Below, piece by piece: positions 11,615-22,959 of a stretch of 64,000 bases of DNA. The stretch is from positions 496,001 through 560,000 of the forward strand of contig JAUPSS010000011.1 in assembly GCA_040285825.1 (NCBI GenBank), written 5' to 3'. The DNA comes from Eukaryota sp. TZLM1-RC. Lineage: Eukaryota > Protista > Metamonada: BaSk clade. Both the position numbers and the translations under genes were made by a program. Position 1 is the stretch's first letter, and each line of letters opens with the position of its first letter. The notes below the pieces were generated by a model. That model made no database searches. It saw nothing but the letters and a program-made list of their open reading frames with translations, and was not told the origin of the DNA.

Positions 11615-12331
11615 ATGCTAATGTCAGATCCAGGGCACCACTCTTTGCCAAATTGTATTTCAGCTGCTTTCTTTGATCTTGATGGCACTCTTGTTGAAAA
11701 TGTAGAACATGTGGTGGACAGTTATCTTGATGCTCTTTTACATTTCAAGTTACCCACTACAACCAGGCAACATCTTAGGGACATTCAAGGCCTTTCTTTT
11801 GAAGCTACATGTAACGTAATAGGTGTACCTGAGGATTTAGTAGCTGATTTTTCCGTTGTTTTCTGGAAAAAGATGGAGGTCTTCAACTCTACTCCTGAAC
11901 TATTACCAGGTGTTTTAGAACTTTTGCATTATTTAGACAAACACAATATTCCCATGTCTATTGTCACCAACAATAGGACTCATATAGCTAAAGCAGCTTG
12001 TAAAATGGCGGGTATTGATCATTTCTTCAAAAATTACTTAGGTAGTGATGTCGTTGATGCTAAACCTAATCCAGCGGGTATACTGAAGCTTTGTAGTTTA
12101 CACAATATAGTACCCTCAGAAGAAGTGCTTTATATTGGTGATAGTTCTTCTGATATGAAGGCCGCCATGAATGCTAAAGTAACGGGGGTTTGGGTAGTCT
12201 CTTCCAAAGATTTTGAGGTTAGATACACGAATGACCTTAATCAATACTTTGATGACTGTGGTTTTCGATTTAGTTATTTTCCATGTTGTTTGAATTTCAA
12301 AAAACAACTTGCTTTGAAAATGGGATGTTGA
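11615..12331 (+). CDS. HAD-family hydrolase (phosphoglycolate phosphatase-like)
   Basis: Motifs FDLDGTL, IVTNN, KPNP and YIGDSSSD. First ATG is 11615; 11621 is an alternative. Confidence 0.9.
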   Translation: MLMSDPGHHSLPNCISAAFFDLDGTLVENVEHVVDSYLDALLHFKLPTTTRQHLRDIQGLSFEATCNVIGVPEDLVADFSVVFWKKMEVFNSTPELLPGVLELLHYLDKHNIPMSIVTNNRTHIAKAACKMAGIDHFFKNYLGSDVVDAKPNPAGILKLCSLHNIVPSEEVLYIGDSSSDMKAAMNAKVTGVWVVSSKDFEVRYTNDLNQYFDDCGFRFSYFPCCLNFKKQLALKMGC

Positions 12332-12639
12332 TATTTTAGTTCAATGTTCAGTTTATTAAATCACATTTTGTTGTCTTTTTTGAGAATTTCTACACATCTA
12401 CCACGTTTGTATGTACCTTATACTCATTACTTCCACCATTGTTTCGGATCTTCTCTTCAATCTATATTAGCAGAACAACCTACCAAGGTATTGAATAAAG
12501 AGTAGAAGAATCAATCAGTCACTCTCACAATAGCTATTTGATCTTGAAAGATGTTCGAAAGCAACAGAGTAGGGTAGTTAAAAGCATTCTGTTACGTCAA
12601 TAAAATGAAGCTGTACACAACACTATATGATATTTAAAC

Positions 12640-13205
12640 TTACACACTTAACAAAAAAATCACATAACTAATGGGAAGAAATTCATTGAACTAAGATTTC
12701 CTCTACAAAAACTTGATCTGTTTGCTCTCTCGCTGAAGCTTCTCTAATTAGATTGAAAAACAGAGATGATCTATTAATAATGGCAAATTGAATCGAGAGC
12801 GCCATAAAAAGATATCAAATCTTTTCATTGTTTTTTCTTGAACCATTTTTTGGAAATCATTCAAAAAAATTCCTGCTTCCGTTTATAGAATATGGGAAAG
12901 CAATAAAAACAAGTGGTCTATTTCTATCAGTATTAGCTTCCTCGATGTCTTTGTCATATTTTCCATGTTTTTCTTCGGCGTTAAATTTAAGAGCATCTAC
13001 AAGATTAAGTTTTCTCCTTTGGACCAAAGTGTCATTTTTAATAATACAGGAGACAAAGTCAACAACAGCTTCGGAGTTCTCAATCCAAACACAGTAAATA
13101 TCACGTCTATCATCAGAACCAAAATTATTCAATGACAATGTTCTTTCAGCAGAAGATCACTGATAGACGAGATTCTTGCATTTCGTGCCTTATTAAAAAC
13201 AGTGT
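12640..13205 (-). mobile_element. RLE retrotransposon 3' fragment, subfamily F2 (C-term FVEEILVQ), decayed
   Basis: Homologous to the 61957 and 63164 ORFs (SLNNFGSDDR..., EEKHGKYDKDI). Confidence 0.85.
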
Positions 13206-14086
13206 CTCATCAGCACTATTGAGATATATTTAATGAAAGAATTTGTACATGGAATCACTTGAAATATTATTATCAACGGACCACTTCAAGAGTGGAATAT
13301 GATTATTCAATTGAAATTAAAAATGATTTAAGACAGCATCGATCAATTTGGATAGGAAATGCAGTTATGGACATGAGAAAAATTGAAATTTATACAGAAC
13401 ATGATAGACCTTCATAAGGACCAGTTTAGCTAATTTTGTTAACCTCCAACTTGCCTTCCAGATCAATAAGGTGTTTATTGTCATTTTCCTTATCATACAA
13501 ATAATCATGCAATTTTCCTTTGGTGGTAACTGAATTCAGACATGTTTTTGTTTCTATTAGAAAAAATGTGAGAAAAGAAGAAAAACAGTTTTGATTTGTG
13601 AGTTATTATCATCGTTGTGTACACGTGTGCTGTACACGTGTACATTATTTAGATCGTAGACATGGACTGAACAGTTCGAAATACCAGAGTTTTGAATTGC
13701 AATTGTCCTATTTAAATTTTCTGTTGAAAAAATTAATCATTTCAAAGTCTACGCTGAGAAGCATCTGTAAAGAAATCACATTCCAAGCTATCAAATGTAC
13801 ATACTGCTACTTCTCTGTTAGAAAACTTCCTGCGTGATTGTCTGAAGAAATAGACTTGTATAACCACAAGTTAATGGTGACTTAAAGTGTTGCAAGCTCA
13901 GTATTTCCCATTGATTATCAACAGGACAAATTTTTTTTCTTATTAATAAACAGTCTTTGATATGCTGTTGAAAGTGCTGAAGCGGAGTGGAGAAACTGGA
14001 GACATATGTGGGTGGGTTGGTGTTGTGAATCTGAAATTGGGCATTTTAAGTTTCGCAATCTTCTCAATCGGTCTTAAAAGGTCAGA

Positions 14087-15610
14087 ATGCCCGTCGATGA
14101 CAACAATCCTTCAGAGGGCAATGTGCCGGGCAGTCTTCTTGCAGATGCTCAACCTAGTTCATTAGACCGTACCTACATTGATGTTTCTTCACCTATTGAA
14201 TCTCCAAATACACCGGAACTGATATCAGCATATGCCGGTGGTGTAAGTACTGCTGTAGCGTCTTCTTCCACGTTAGATGGGACGCTATCGGGACAATTAT
14301 CCTACAATAGTTTACCCACTCATTCTAATTCATACCAATTCACGTCACAACCTTCGTATCCATATGGCTCGTATTCTCCATATCACTATGATTCATTCTC
14401 TCACCAGCAAAAGCAGTCTTATCACCACTCGCAAAACACAGTAGTCAATGGATTCCCTGTTTTCTCCCAAGTAGACCCTAATCACCGCAGTGCTGATCTT
14501 CCAAGACCATCGTTCCCTTTCCCGATGAAAACTCCCGTTCCCTCGTTAGAAAGCCAGTCCTACTCCAATTCCAATGTCACCGAACGTGTTGTTCATGATT
14601 CCCCTGCTGCTCCTGTTCCTTCCATCGTTGACACCAATACCAACACATCTGAAGAAGCGGAGGACAAGAAAAAGAAATTCATTAATTACTATGAAGATGT
14701 TCTAAACGATGGGTTTCAGTGGCGCAAATATGGGCAAAAATTCTCTAAGAACTCTCCCTATCCAACCTGCTATTACAAATGCGCTTACCCCAATTGCACA
14801 GTAAAGCGTCAGATACAAAGGGAATCTGATGGCCAAAAGGTTGTGTCGTTGTATAGAGGGAAACATAACCATGACCAGCCCAAAGTTGTACGTAAGACCG
14901 TCAATAACCAGCAGGAGTTCACTAGTGTCATTGAACAGTTTTGCTTTTCTGAGGATAGTGATGTTAGGGTTCGGTTGATGACAAAGAGCACTTCTTACGC
15001 TGATCACAAACTTATTCTCGAGGTTGATCCATCAGTCAACATCTCTTCTGATGGTTGTTCCTGGAAGAAATATGGCCAAAAGCAAGTAAAGGGGGTCTCC
15101 GTTATGAGATCTTACTACAAGTGTGCAGTGTCTCATTGTGCGGCGAAGAAACTTGTTCAAAAGGCTTCTGAAGAGGGTGGTAAGTCTCTTGTTACTTACG
15201 AGCACCTTCATTGTCATGGAGCTAATGCTTCCACAACTTCCCTAGGACCTCGCCATGCTGGTGATGAGGGCATGCCTTGGAAACGTCCCAATCTAGACAA
15301 CCAAAACCCCTTTACATCAGCTATTCACAGCACGCAGTTAGCAAATCTTCCTTTGGGAGCAGTGTTTTCAGATGTGAACAAACAACTATATACAGTGACT
15401 CAATTGCCTACTGGGCAAAAAGCCATTCTTCCAGTTGTTCATATTCCACATTTCCACGGTTTTAATGCCTCTATTTCTGCCCAACATAATGTTTCTTTAA
15501 ATGATAATATTCAAGGATATAGTGGTGCGGTATCTGTGAAGTCTGAACCTCAGTATGAGCCAGAGGTTGGTTTTGGTTATGTTGCAGGGACAACTTTTGA
15601 TACCAAATAG
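14087..15610 (+). CDS. WRKY transcription factor with two WRKY domains
   Basis: DGFQWRKYGQK...YYKC-x4-C...HNH and DGCSWKKYGQK...YYKC-x4-C...HCH. Confidence 0.93.
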   Translation: MPVDDNNPSEGNVPGSLLADAQPSSLDRTYIDVSSPIESPNTPELISAYAGGVSTAVASSSTLDGTLSGQLSYNSLPTHSNSYQFTSQPSYPYGSYSPYHYDSFSHQQKQSYHHSQNTVVNGFPVFSQVDPNHRSADLPRPSFPFPMKTPVPSLESQSYSNSNVTERVVHDSPAAPVPSIVDTNTNTSEEAEDKKKKFINYYEDVLNDGFQWRKYGQKFSKNSPYPTCYYKCAYPNCTVKRQIQRESDGQKVVSLYRGKHNHDQPKVVRKTVNNQQEFTSVIEQFCFSEDSDVRVRLMTKSTSYADHKLILEVDPSVNISSDGCSWKKYGQKQVKGVSVMRSYYKCAVSHCAAKKLVQKASEEGGKSLVTYEHLHCHGANASTTSLGPRHAGDEGMPWKRPNLDNQNPFTSAIHSTQLANLPLGAVFSDVNKQLYTVTQLPTGQKAILPVVHIPHFHGFNASISAQHNVSLNDNIQGYSGAVSVKSEPQYEPEVGFGYVAGTTFDTK

Positions 15611-15742
15611 TGAATACTTTGCGTTTTATTAGTTTAGGTTTTTGTTTATTGATGTTGAACTGTTGTGTAAAGATTTTTCCAATAGTATATTTTAATCATC
15701 AATTTTTAGCATATTAATTGAATATTTAGAATAATTTAGAAT

Positions 15743-17062
15743 TTAAAGCTCAATTTTGGGTTGATATGTTGCATCCAATCTACCAACAATTTCTTGTGCC
15801 TCAATATTGTTTTCATCTTTGCTCAGAACAAGTCTCCCATCTATCAAAGCCTCTCTATACATGCCCAAGAGAACCCTTGTCTTGGCTCTGATTACATAAA
15901 CAGGGAGAAGTTTCGGATTAAAGCTTATAGATGAGGAAAATGCCTTTTCAGCGTCAAGAAATCTTCCTTGATTGAACAGATTGACACCAATCGAGTAATG
16001 GACGGTTGCGATCTTGGTATTAATACTCCAATCAGATTTAATTGACACAGCATGATTATAATCAAGCAGAGAGTCCATGAGATTCTGTAGCTTTAAGTGA
16101 ACATCCCCTCTAGATACCAATAGTTTAAAGTTGTTAGGTGCAATTTTAAGTCCAAGATTAAGGTAAACTAATGCTTGTTTGAAGTAGTCGTCTGTGATGA
16201 GAGCATCAGTATGTGATTCAATAACCTCTACAAGTTCCTTATTTACAAATGGTTTAAAATCATCGCTACTGAGCTCTAGTGATGCCTTTAACTCATCTAT
16301 AGCTGATTGAAACATTCCTATGTCCTTGAGAAGTATACCCTTCACAAAATGTGCTCTGACGTGATCAGGGTCGACCTTAATGGCCTCCTCGATCAATACT
16401 AGTCCCTGTTCGTTGTTAACTCCAACCATATCATGTGCTCGGTTGACAAGGTCCTCTAGATCTGCTCGAGATTCTTCTAGTATTTGTTTGGCAAGGTTAT
16501 TATTAGACTTTATTAAGAGAACCTTTTTTGCGTGTGAGACGGAAATATGCTTTTCACCACTGTATAAATGTATCAAAGCTAAAACTAATAAAAAATCAGA
16601 ATCATTTGGCAAATCCAAGGCTTGATAAGTTTTAATGTATTCATCTATACCATCTTTCAATGTTGATGATGGATAAAGTTCAACAAATAATAAAGATAAT
16701 TGAAGTAATCGATGAGAGGTTGGAAAAGCATTGAATGCTTCAGTAGTGAGAGAGAAAGCTTCCTTGTATGCACGCTGCAACAAACAATCTTTGGACAGGA
16801 CTTCATAGCAATGTGCTATTCTGGAACCAACAGAAGGAGTTAACTCTATGTTATGATCTATCGTGTTAAGGCAGGATAATGCAGCTTTGAAGTCAAGTAG
16901 TGTACAGAAAAGTTCCGCTTTGATACAGATAAGATGTGCATTTTGAGGAAGAAAGAAAATAGCTTTGTTTAGATGAACAAGAGCGTCCTCAAATAATCTC
17001 GCATCTATAAGTTTGAGGGCTGCCTCATAATGAAGTTGAAAGCTATTTTCAATGGCATTCAT
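15743..17062 (-). CDS. TPR-repeat protein (TTC16-like)
   Basis: Multiple TPR-like repeats (ALVHLNKAI, AIKVDPDHVRAHFVKG, AEKAFSSSISFNP). Confidence 0.8.
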   Translation of the reverse strand: MNAIENSFQLHYEAALKLIDARLFEDALVHLNKAIFFLPQNAHLICIKAELFCTLLDFKAALSCLNTIDHNIELTPSVGSRIAHCYEVLSKDCLLQRAYKEAFSLTTEAFNAFPTSHRLLQLSLLFVELYPSSTLKDGIDEYIKTYQALDLPNDSDFLLVLALIHLYSGEKHISVSHAKKVLLIKSNNNLAKQILEESRADLEDLVNRAHDMVGVNNEQGLVLIEEAIKVDPDHVRAHFVKGILLKDIGMFQSAIDELKASLELSSDDFKPFVNKELVEVIESHTDALITDDYFKQALVYLNLGLKIAPNNFKLLVSRGDVHLKLQNLMDSLLDYNHAVSIKSDWSINTKIATVHYSIGVNLFNQGRFLDAEKAFSSSISFNPKLLPVYVIRAKTRVLLGMYREALIDGRLVLSKDENNIEAQEIVGRLDATYQPKIEL

Positions 17063-18552
17063 TCTTACAGATGATGTCTATAACAATGAAATAAGTGTCC
17101 TTTTGACAACGATGTAGAGGGACTAAGTTTTTGAGGGTGGAAGATTTTATCCTTGATGCCTGTTTCTTTGAACCTTTGTCAACCTTGGTTCTCTGCAGGT
17201 ATCCTGGTCTATCTCCTCCATTTACATGTGCTTCCATCACTGCCAACATATTCAGCGAAGAATTTCAATCTCTTTTCCACAAACTTTCGCATGATTTACA
17301 CATGGTAAGCCCGTGACGAATAGACATCTCATGCATCTTCCATGGCCTAGGATTTCTGCACCATCGGAATGTTTCAACTGTTTTCTCCGATCTCTTACAG
17401 TTGAAACAGCAGCAACTGGTTCGAAAGTCATCAATTAAAAAGACCTTATAACCAGCCTTTTTCAATAGAATTCTCAAACCTTTTCTTTTGGTAGGTTCTT
17501 TGAATTTCTTGTGTTTTCGTTGTTCCCAGTCTCCGATTCCAATAACTACTTGGCTGGGATCACCAATTACTGATTTGAATCTCTGAATCATTTTTGCCTC
17601 AAATCTTGTGCGATTAATCTCAGCCCACCACCTTAGTTTCCTAAATATCTTTTGATGATAGACTTGACCAACAATACTATTCACAAAATTTCTTTTGTTT
17701 ACTATACTCCATAAATCTATCAAACCTGCAGCTTTTGGAATTGAAATGGGATAATGTTGCTTCCCATTCTGCTACAGATTTAGTCTTGTGATCATTCTTT
17801 CTCAAATTTAATGAGTAATCAATTTCGTGGGGAATATTGATTTCTTGAGGTACTTTTCTTCTTAATACACTAATTGTTCTTTCAGTCATTTAATTAATTA
17901 TACTGCTGTTTAAATCCATCCTTTGTTGTTGCTCTTCAGATGATTGATAATTGGATAGATCAATCACTCTACCAGTAGAGTTACATATTGTGATAAGAGT
18001 GTCATTCCGTATGCTGTCTCTTATTCTTTTGAATTTGGATCTTTTCGACTCAAATCTTCGTTGATTTTGAGTGCACCTGAAATGAACATATTTATCTCTC
18101 TCAGGTTATTTTGAATGAGTCATTCCAGTAGCCAAATTGGCAGAAAAAGAGTAAATCATATTTACATGGATCAGCAGCAGCAAGGGTTATATCTTGAAAT
18201 TGAGAAATGCTAATGTTGGGGTCATCAATACATTTTGCTTTTTCTTTGAATTCTTATGCAGTTACTTTGTATTTTTTCAAATCAATGCTAGATTGAATGA
18301 ATGATACTGCTATTCCATCAGTCTCAATGCTAGTCACGATGCACCTGGAACTTTCTAAATCAATTTCAGTGTTTTAATCTCGTTTATTTTCAAAATGGTG
18401 TCCCCTGAAACAAAAGCAGCAGCTTGATTGTTGCATTGGTAGGAGGACTTTGGACCAAGAATGTCCTTGAATTCGTCAAAGAACAAGTCCAATAGACTTG
18501 TATTGTCAATTCTGATATAGGAGGGAAAACAAGAATTTTTCAAAGGCAGAGT

Positions 18553-21500
18553 ATGAAAGACTTTAAAAAAGACTTTTTGCCTTTGTGTGATGCCCCTGAT
18601 ATTACGCCTGAAAAAGTGCAAAAAAGAAGATATACCTGTTCCAAATGTGGCAAGGTTGGTCATAACATTAGAAAATGTCCTGATATTATTACCGAAAAAA
18701 TGAGACTGAAAACCAATATTTCTATTGTTAATAGTTTGCAAACGCCATCCGAACTAAATCTTCCTCCTGTTCCCAATGTTTCTGCTGATGATGTTAATTA
18801 TGATTTAAATATTGATCAAACTCATTTACCAAAAACTGTTGCTCCTGATCCTACGGATAATGTCTTGAAACATAGTTGTCCTTTTTGCAAAAAGTTCCTC
18901 TCTAATTCTTCTAATGGTCGCCCTCTATTGTTTTGTTATGACTGTCAAACAAGTGATTCTCTTCTTACACCTGTTAAAATTCCTGTAGAGGTGAGTCCTG
19001 CCAGTTCTGTTCCTTTGTCAATGGAAATGCGTTCTTTTTCTTCGCAATTGAAATTAAACAAATGGAACATAACAAGATTTTGGAAATTCTTTGCCAAAAA
19101 GAATAAGAAAAAAATTAATTACAAACCAAAACAGGGAAAAGCTAATTCATCTTTTCAGGCAAGAAAATTGTTTTTGAGAGGTAGATATGGAAGCGGATTA
19201 AAAAATATTTTTTCGGGAAAACTGGCTGATACCAATCTCGAAACTGTTGAAAAATTGAAATCCCTCCATCCAACTGAACATTTTTGCCCCAGTAAGCCTT
19301 CTATTTGTCAATATTGGCTCGAAAATCCATTTCAGGCTCAAGAAGTATTGAATGCCGTTGCTAAATTACCAAAAGGAAAAGCTGCTGGTCCTTCAGGCAT
19401 TTCCTTTGATTTGTTAAAAACTGCCTGTAAAAATGCTCCTGAAATTGTTGAGGATCTTGCTTCTTATTTTCAAAATTTAATGTGTTTAAATTATGTTCCT
19501 CCGCCTGAATTGACTGCTGCCCGTTTAGTTGCTTTAGTTAAACCTGGTAAAGGTGACAAACCTGATGGAGTTAGACCAATTGCCATTGGAGAGTCATTAA
19601 CCAGATTGCTTTCTTCGCTTATTTTTAACAGAATTTCTACTAAAGCAAGGGACTATTTGAAGCCTTTCCAATTTGGTATAAAAACTGTTGAAGGTGCTTC
19701 TGTTGCTTCAATGACTTCAGATGTTTTTTTTAATAGTCAACAACATCAATATATTTTCAATTTGGATTTCAAAAATGCTTTCAATTCTGTGAAACGTAAT
19801 TGTATTTTTGATGTGCTTCTTCATGATTTTCCTGAACTTTCTGCATATTTTTATTTATTTTATGGAAAAAAATCAGACTTAATTTTTGACTCCTTTACCC
19901 TTGAATCTTCTTCTGGTGTGAAACAAGGTGATCCTCTTGGCCCTTTGCTGTTTTGTTTGGCTATTCATAATATTATTAAAATGACACAACAAGATTTCCC
20001 TGATTTGCGTATTGTTGCCTATATGGATGACATTTCTATTATTGGTTCTTTTGAAAGCATTTCTAGGGTTTCTGAAGACATTGCGGCGAAATACAAAGAA
20101 ATTGGTTTAGCTTTAAACCCATCTAAATGTCTCTTGATTGGTAGAGAAAAACAATATTTGATGATTGGTGGAGCTCAGATTCCTTTTATCAATTATGACC
20201 AACAAGCTTTTAAGTTTCTTGGATGTTGGCTTGGCAATTTGGATGAAATTTATTCCCAGTTAAACAATTTATTGGAGAAGTTTGACAAGGATCTTAGTTT
20301 TATTGCTGAATGTGACATTGAGAAACACATCAAATTTTTTATTTTAAAAATTTGTTATTCTGGAAAATTCACTCATATTTTAAGGTCAACTCCCCCTTCG
20401 GTATCTCTCAATTTTTGCAGATCTTTTAACAAACTTCGAGTCAAATTTTTTTCTTCTTTATTAGAAGTAAATGAATCTTTAATTCGAAGTCATGTATTTT
20501 GTTCAGCAGATTTGGGTGGAATTGGATTCACCAAATCTTCGATTCTGTGTAAAGCAGCATTTTTGGGAGGTGGTAAAAATTTTGTATTTGAATTTTTCCA
20601 AAGGTTCCCTTTTGATGTTCATCTGATCAATGGTGAATCAAATTTTTACTTGAATCAACTGCAATTTGAATTAGAAAATTTGCCTAGTGATATCTGGATT
20701 CAGTGTTTTCCTCAAAATGTTCAAGAAATTCCCACTCGATCACTTCCAAATTTACGTTTTTGCTTGAAAAAGCTTCAGCACCATCTGGTTAAATTATATG
20801 AAGGCTTGGATTATGAAGTAAGACTTGGCTTGGCCAAAACTAAAAATCCCGCTTTCGGTAATTTTTTAAAGGATATTCGTGATAGTTCAGCTGCTGCTTT
20901 AGTAACTCAAGTTCCCTCTGTTTATGGACTTTTGTTAAAAGACAATGAATGGCTTCTAAACATGCGTTTTCGTTGTTTTCTGTGGCCAAACAATTTGCCC
21001 AATCATTTAACTTGTAAATGTGGTAAACCTCTTTTGTTTACTCATCTTTTGAACTGTAAACATTTGATTACGTTTAGAAGCAAAGTGCATAATAACGTCA
21101 GGGACCAAATTTATGTAATGTGCAAATCATATCGTGTAGATTCCTTTTTAGAACCGCTGTTATCAAAATTAATTCTTGATGATCCCAATATTGATAGTAC
21201 GCGTTACAACAGAGCTTCTATGGGTCTGACTAGAGGTGATCTAGTTGTTCCTGGTTTAAATGGTAGTTTTACTATTTTGGACGCCATGTCTATTGACCCT
21301 TGTAATTCCTCTAACGAACATTTCATTAACTCGGATGTAAATAATCCTCTTCTTGCAGGCGAAAAATATAAAATTGCTAACTATGCGAAACCCATTTCCT
21401 CGGTTAATGAAAATTCTCATGCCCAATATAATTTATGTCCATTTGTTTTTTCTTTGCTTGGATCTCTAGGTAAGGCTGCTATGGCTTTCCTTGAGGATTT

Positions 21501-21582
21501 TGTTGTAGTTGTAAAGGAAAGAACTGGAAGAATTTTCAATCGTGTTTACTGGCAAAACAGGATTGTATTTTCTATTTTTTAA
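18553..21582 (+). CDS. Retrotransposon ORF: CCHC knuckle, RT, CCHC Zn motif and restriction-like endonuclease
   Basis: CSKCGKVGHNIRKC; KAAGPSG, RPIAIGE, LDFKNAFN, GVKQGDPLGP, AYMDD, FLG; CKC..H..C; RGD..D..EKYK. An extra T near 21580 removes the last ~38 codons, and the ATG lies inside the TSD. Confidence 0.92.
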   Translation: MKDFKKDFLPLCDAPDITPEKVQKRRYTCSKCGKVGHNIRKCPDIITEKMRLKTNISIVNSLQTPSELNLPPVPNVSADDVNYDLNIDQTHLPKTVAPDPTDNVLKHSCPFCKKFLSNSSNGRPLLFCYDCQTSDSLLTPVKIPVEVSPASSVPLSMEMRSFSSQLKLNKWNITRFWKFFAKKNKKKINYKPKQGKANSSFQARKLFLRGRYGSGLKNIFSGKLADTNLETVEKLKSLHPTEHFCPSKPSICQYWLENPFQAQEVLNAVAKLPKGKAAGPSGISFDLLKTACKNAPEIVEDLASYFQNLMCLNYVPPPELTAARLVALVKPGKGDKPDGVRPIAIGESLTRLLSSLIFNRISTKARDYLKPFQFGIKTVEGASVASMTSDVFFNSQQHQYIFNLDFKNAFNSVKRNCIFDVLLHDFPELSAYFYLFYGKKSDLIFDSFTLESSSGVKQGDPLGPLLFCLAIHNIIKMTQQDFPDLRIVAYMDDISIIGSFESISRVSEDIAAKYKEIGLALNPSKCLLIGREKQYLMIGGAQIPFINYDQQAFKFLGCWLGNLDEIYSQLNNLLEKFDKDLSFIAECDIEKHIKFFILKICYSGKFTHILRSTPPSVSLNFCRSFNKLRVKFFSSLLEVNESLIRSHVFCSADLGGIGFTKSSILCKAAFLGGGKNFVFEFFQRFPFDVHLINGESNFYLNQLQFELENLPSDIWIQCFPQNVQEIPTRSLPNLRFCLKKLQHHLVKLYEGLDYEVRLGLAKTKNPAFGNFLKDIRDSSAAALVTQVPSVYGLLLKDNEWLLNMRFRCFLWPNNLPNHLTCKCGKPLLFTHLLNCKHLITFRSKVHNNVRDQIYVMCKSYRVDSFLEPLLSKLILDDPNIDSTRYNRASMGLTRGDLVVPGLNGSFTILDAMSIDPCNSSNEHFINSDVNNPLLAGEKYKIANYAKPISSVNENSHAQYNLCPFVFSLLGSLGKAAMAFLEDFVVVVKERTGRIFNRVYWQNRIVFSIF

Positions 21583-21747
21583 GGGAATGGTGACACTAAT
21601 TTCTGATTCACTATCTTCTTTTGGGAAATTTTCTGAATCTTTGGCGATTAATTGTTTTGATGTAGGGGAGGCAGGTTTTGAGGATGTGGAGTTTTAATTG
21701 TGTATTTCATATTTGTTGTTGAATAAAAATAAATAAGAACAAAAAAA
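18561..21747 (+). mobile_element. Near-complete CRE-type RLE non-LTR retrotransposon F1
   Basis: 13-bp TSD AGAGTATGAAAGA at 18548-18560 and 21748-21760; AATAAA and A-rich tail. Confidence 0.93.
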
Positions 21748-21874
21748 AGAGTATGAAAGAGTTTGCTCTCATCACCTTCTAAATAATTATTAATATAGAA
21801 CATGGCACTTAAACACAAATTATATTTTGAATACTTTTCCCTTTTAGCATTAGTCGGAAGTAAATAAGGAATAT

Positions 21875-22494
21875 TAAGTATTTATTGAACATGTACACTT
21901 AATTAATCTTATTCATAACTAATGGGACGAATATCATTGGACCAAGATTTCCTCTACAAAATCTTGATCTGCTTGCTGTCTAGCTAAAGCTTCTCTCATT
22001 CGATTGAAAAACCGAGGTAATCTATTAATAATGGCAAATTGAATCCGAGAGCGCCATAAAAAGACATCAAATCTTTTCATTGTTTTTTCTTGAACCACTT
22101 TCTGGAAGTCATTCATCACTGCTTCTACTGATAGTCTACCGTTTATCGAAAATGGAAAAGCAATAAAAACTAGTGGTGTATTTCTACCAGCATTAGCCTT
22201 TTCGATATCTTTGTCATATTTTCTATGTTTTTCATTAGCTTTAAATTCAAGAGCACCTACAGGATTCAGTGTTCTTCTGTGAACCAAAGTATCATCTTCA
22301 ACATTGCATGAGACAAAGTCAACAATAGCTTCAGAATTATCAATCCAATCACAGTATACATCACCTCTATCCTCAAAACCAACATTATTCAGAGAAAGTG
22401 TTTCCTTCAGCAGAGGCTTTTTGGTACACGAAATTCTGGCAGTTTGTGCCATATTAAAAACAGAATCATGTGAGCATCATGTGATGAAGAAGGT
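21875..22494 (-). mobile_element. RLE retrotransposon F2 3' fragment nested in Fanzor A1
   Basis: ORF 21934-22452; TSD AATAAGGAATAT at 21863-21874 and 22495-22506. Confidence 0.88.
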
Positions 22495-22959
22495 AATAAG
22501 GAATATGGACATTAATCAAAAGCGTACTAATTGACCAGACTTTTTTTTCATTAGAGAAGTTTCTCCATCAATATCCCTAAATCTTTTGGGAAGAAGAGGG
22601 TTAACTTTACTAAAATAAATGAAAAGTTCTTCTTAGCTTGCTTTTGCAGAACATTATTGTTTCTCTCAACATTATGGAAAATCTCAATAAACCAATCCAA
22701 GTAATTGAAGTAATGCTCTTGAATGTTGTTGTTGAAATTCACAATCAATTTTTCAATTGTGTAATACAAAGTATTACTTACCTCTTTTTTTTGTTAATTT
22801 AGCAGATTTACCCATAATTCCAAAAGAACAATGGGCCCGAAGAATCTGCCTGCTTGACACCTCTTGATGCAGAAATGTCCTCAAAATTAGAAATCAGGAT
22901 AGAAGCCGATCCATACATCAATTTAAAATATGGCAAAAGAGTGAGAAAATTTTGAATTT

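Larger units (their letters stand above)
17063..22790 (-). mobile_element. Fanzor element family A, copy A1; 3' end abuts the ATG of the TPR gene; two nested retroelements
   Basis: Reassembled across TSDs: NNNIQEHYFNYL...HIPYLLP...KLFHTLPLKNSCFPSYIRID...IETDG...AADPC (RuvC-I)...LRWW...IGDW...IDDFRTSCCCFNC...HGLTMCKSC..WKRD. Confidence 0.88.

Noticed and set aside
18355-18741. 128-aa ORF as a gene
   Set aside because: It is a chimera of antisense retroelement and Fanzor A1 sequence across the TSD.
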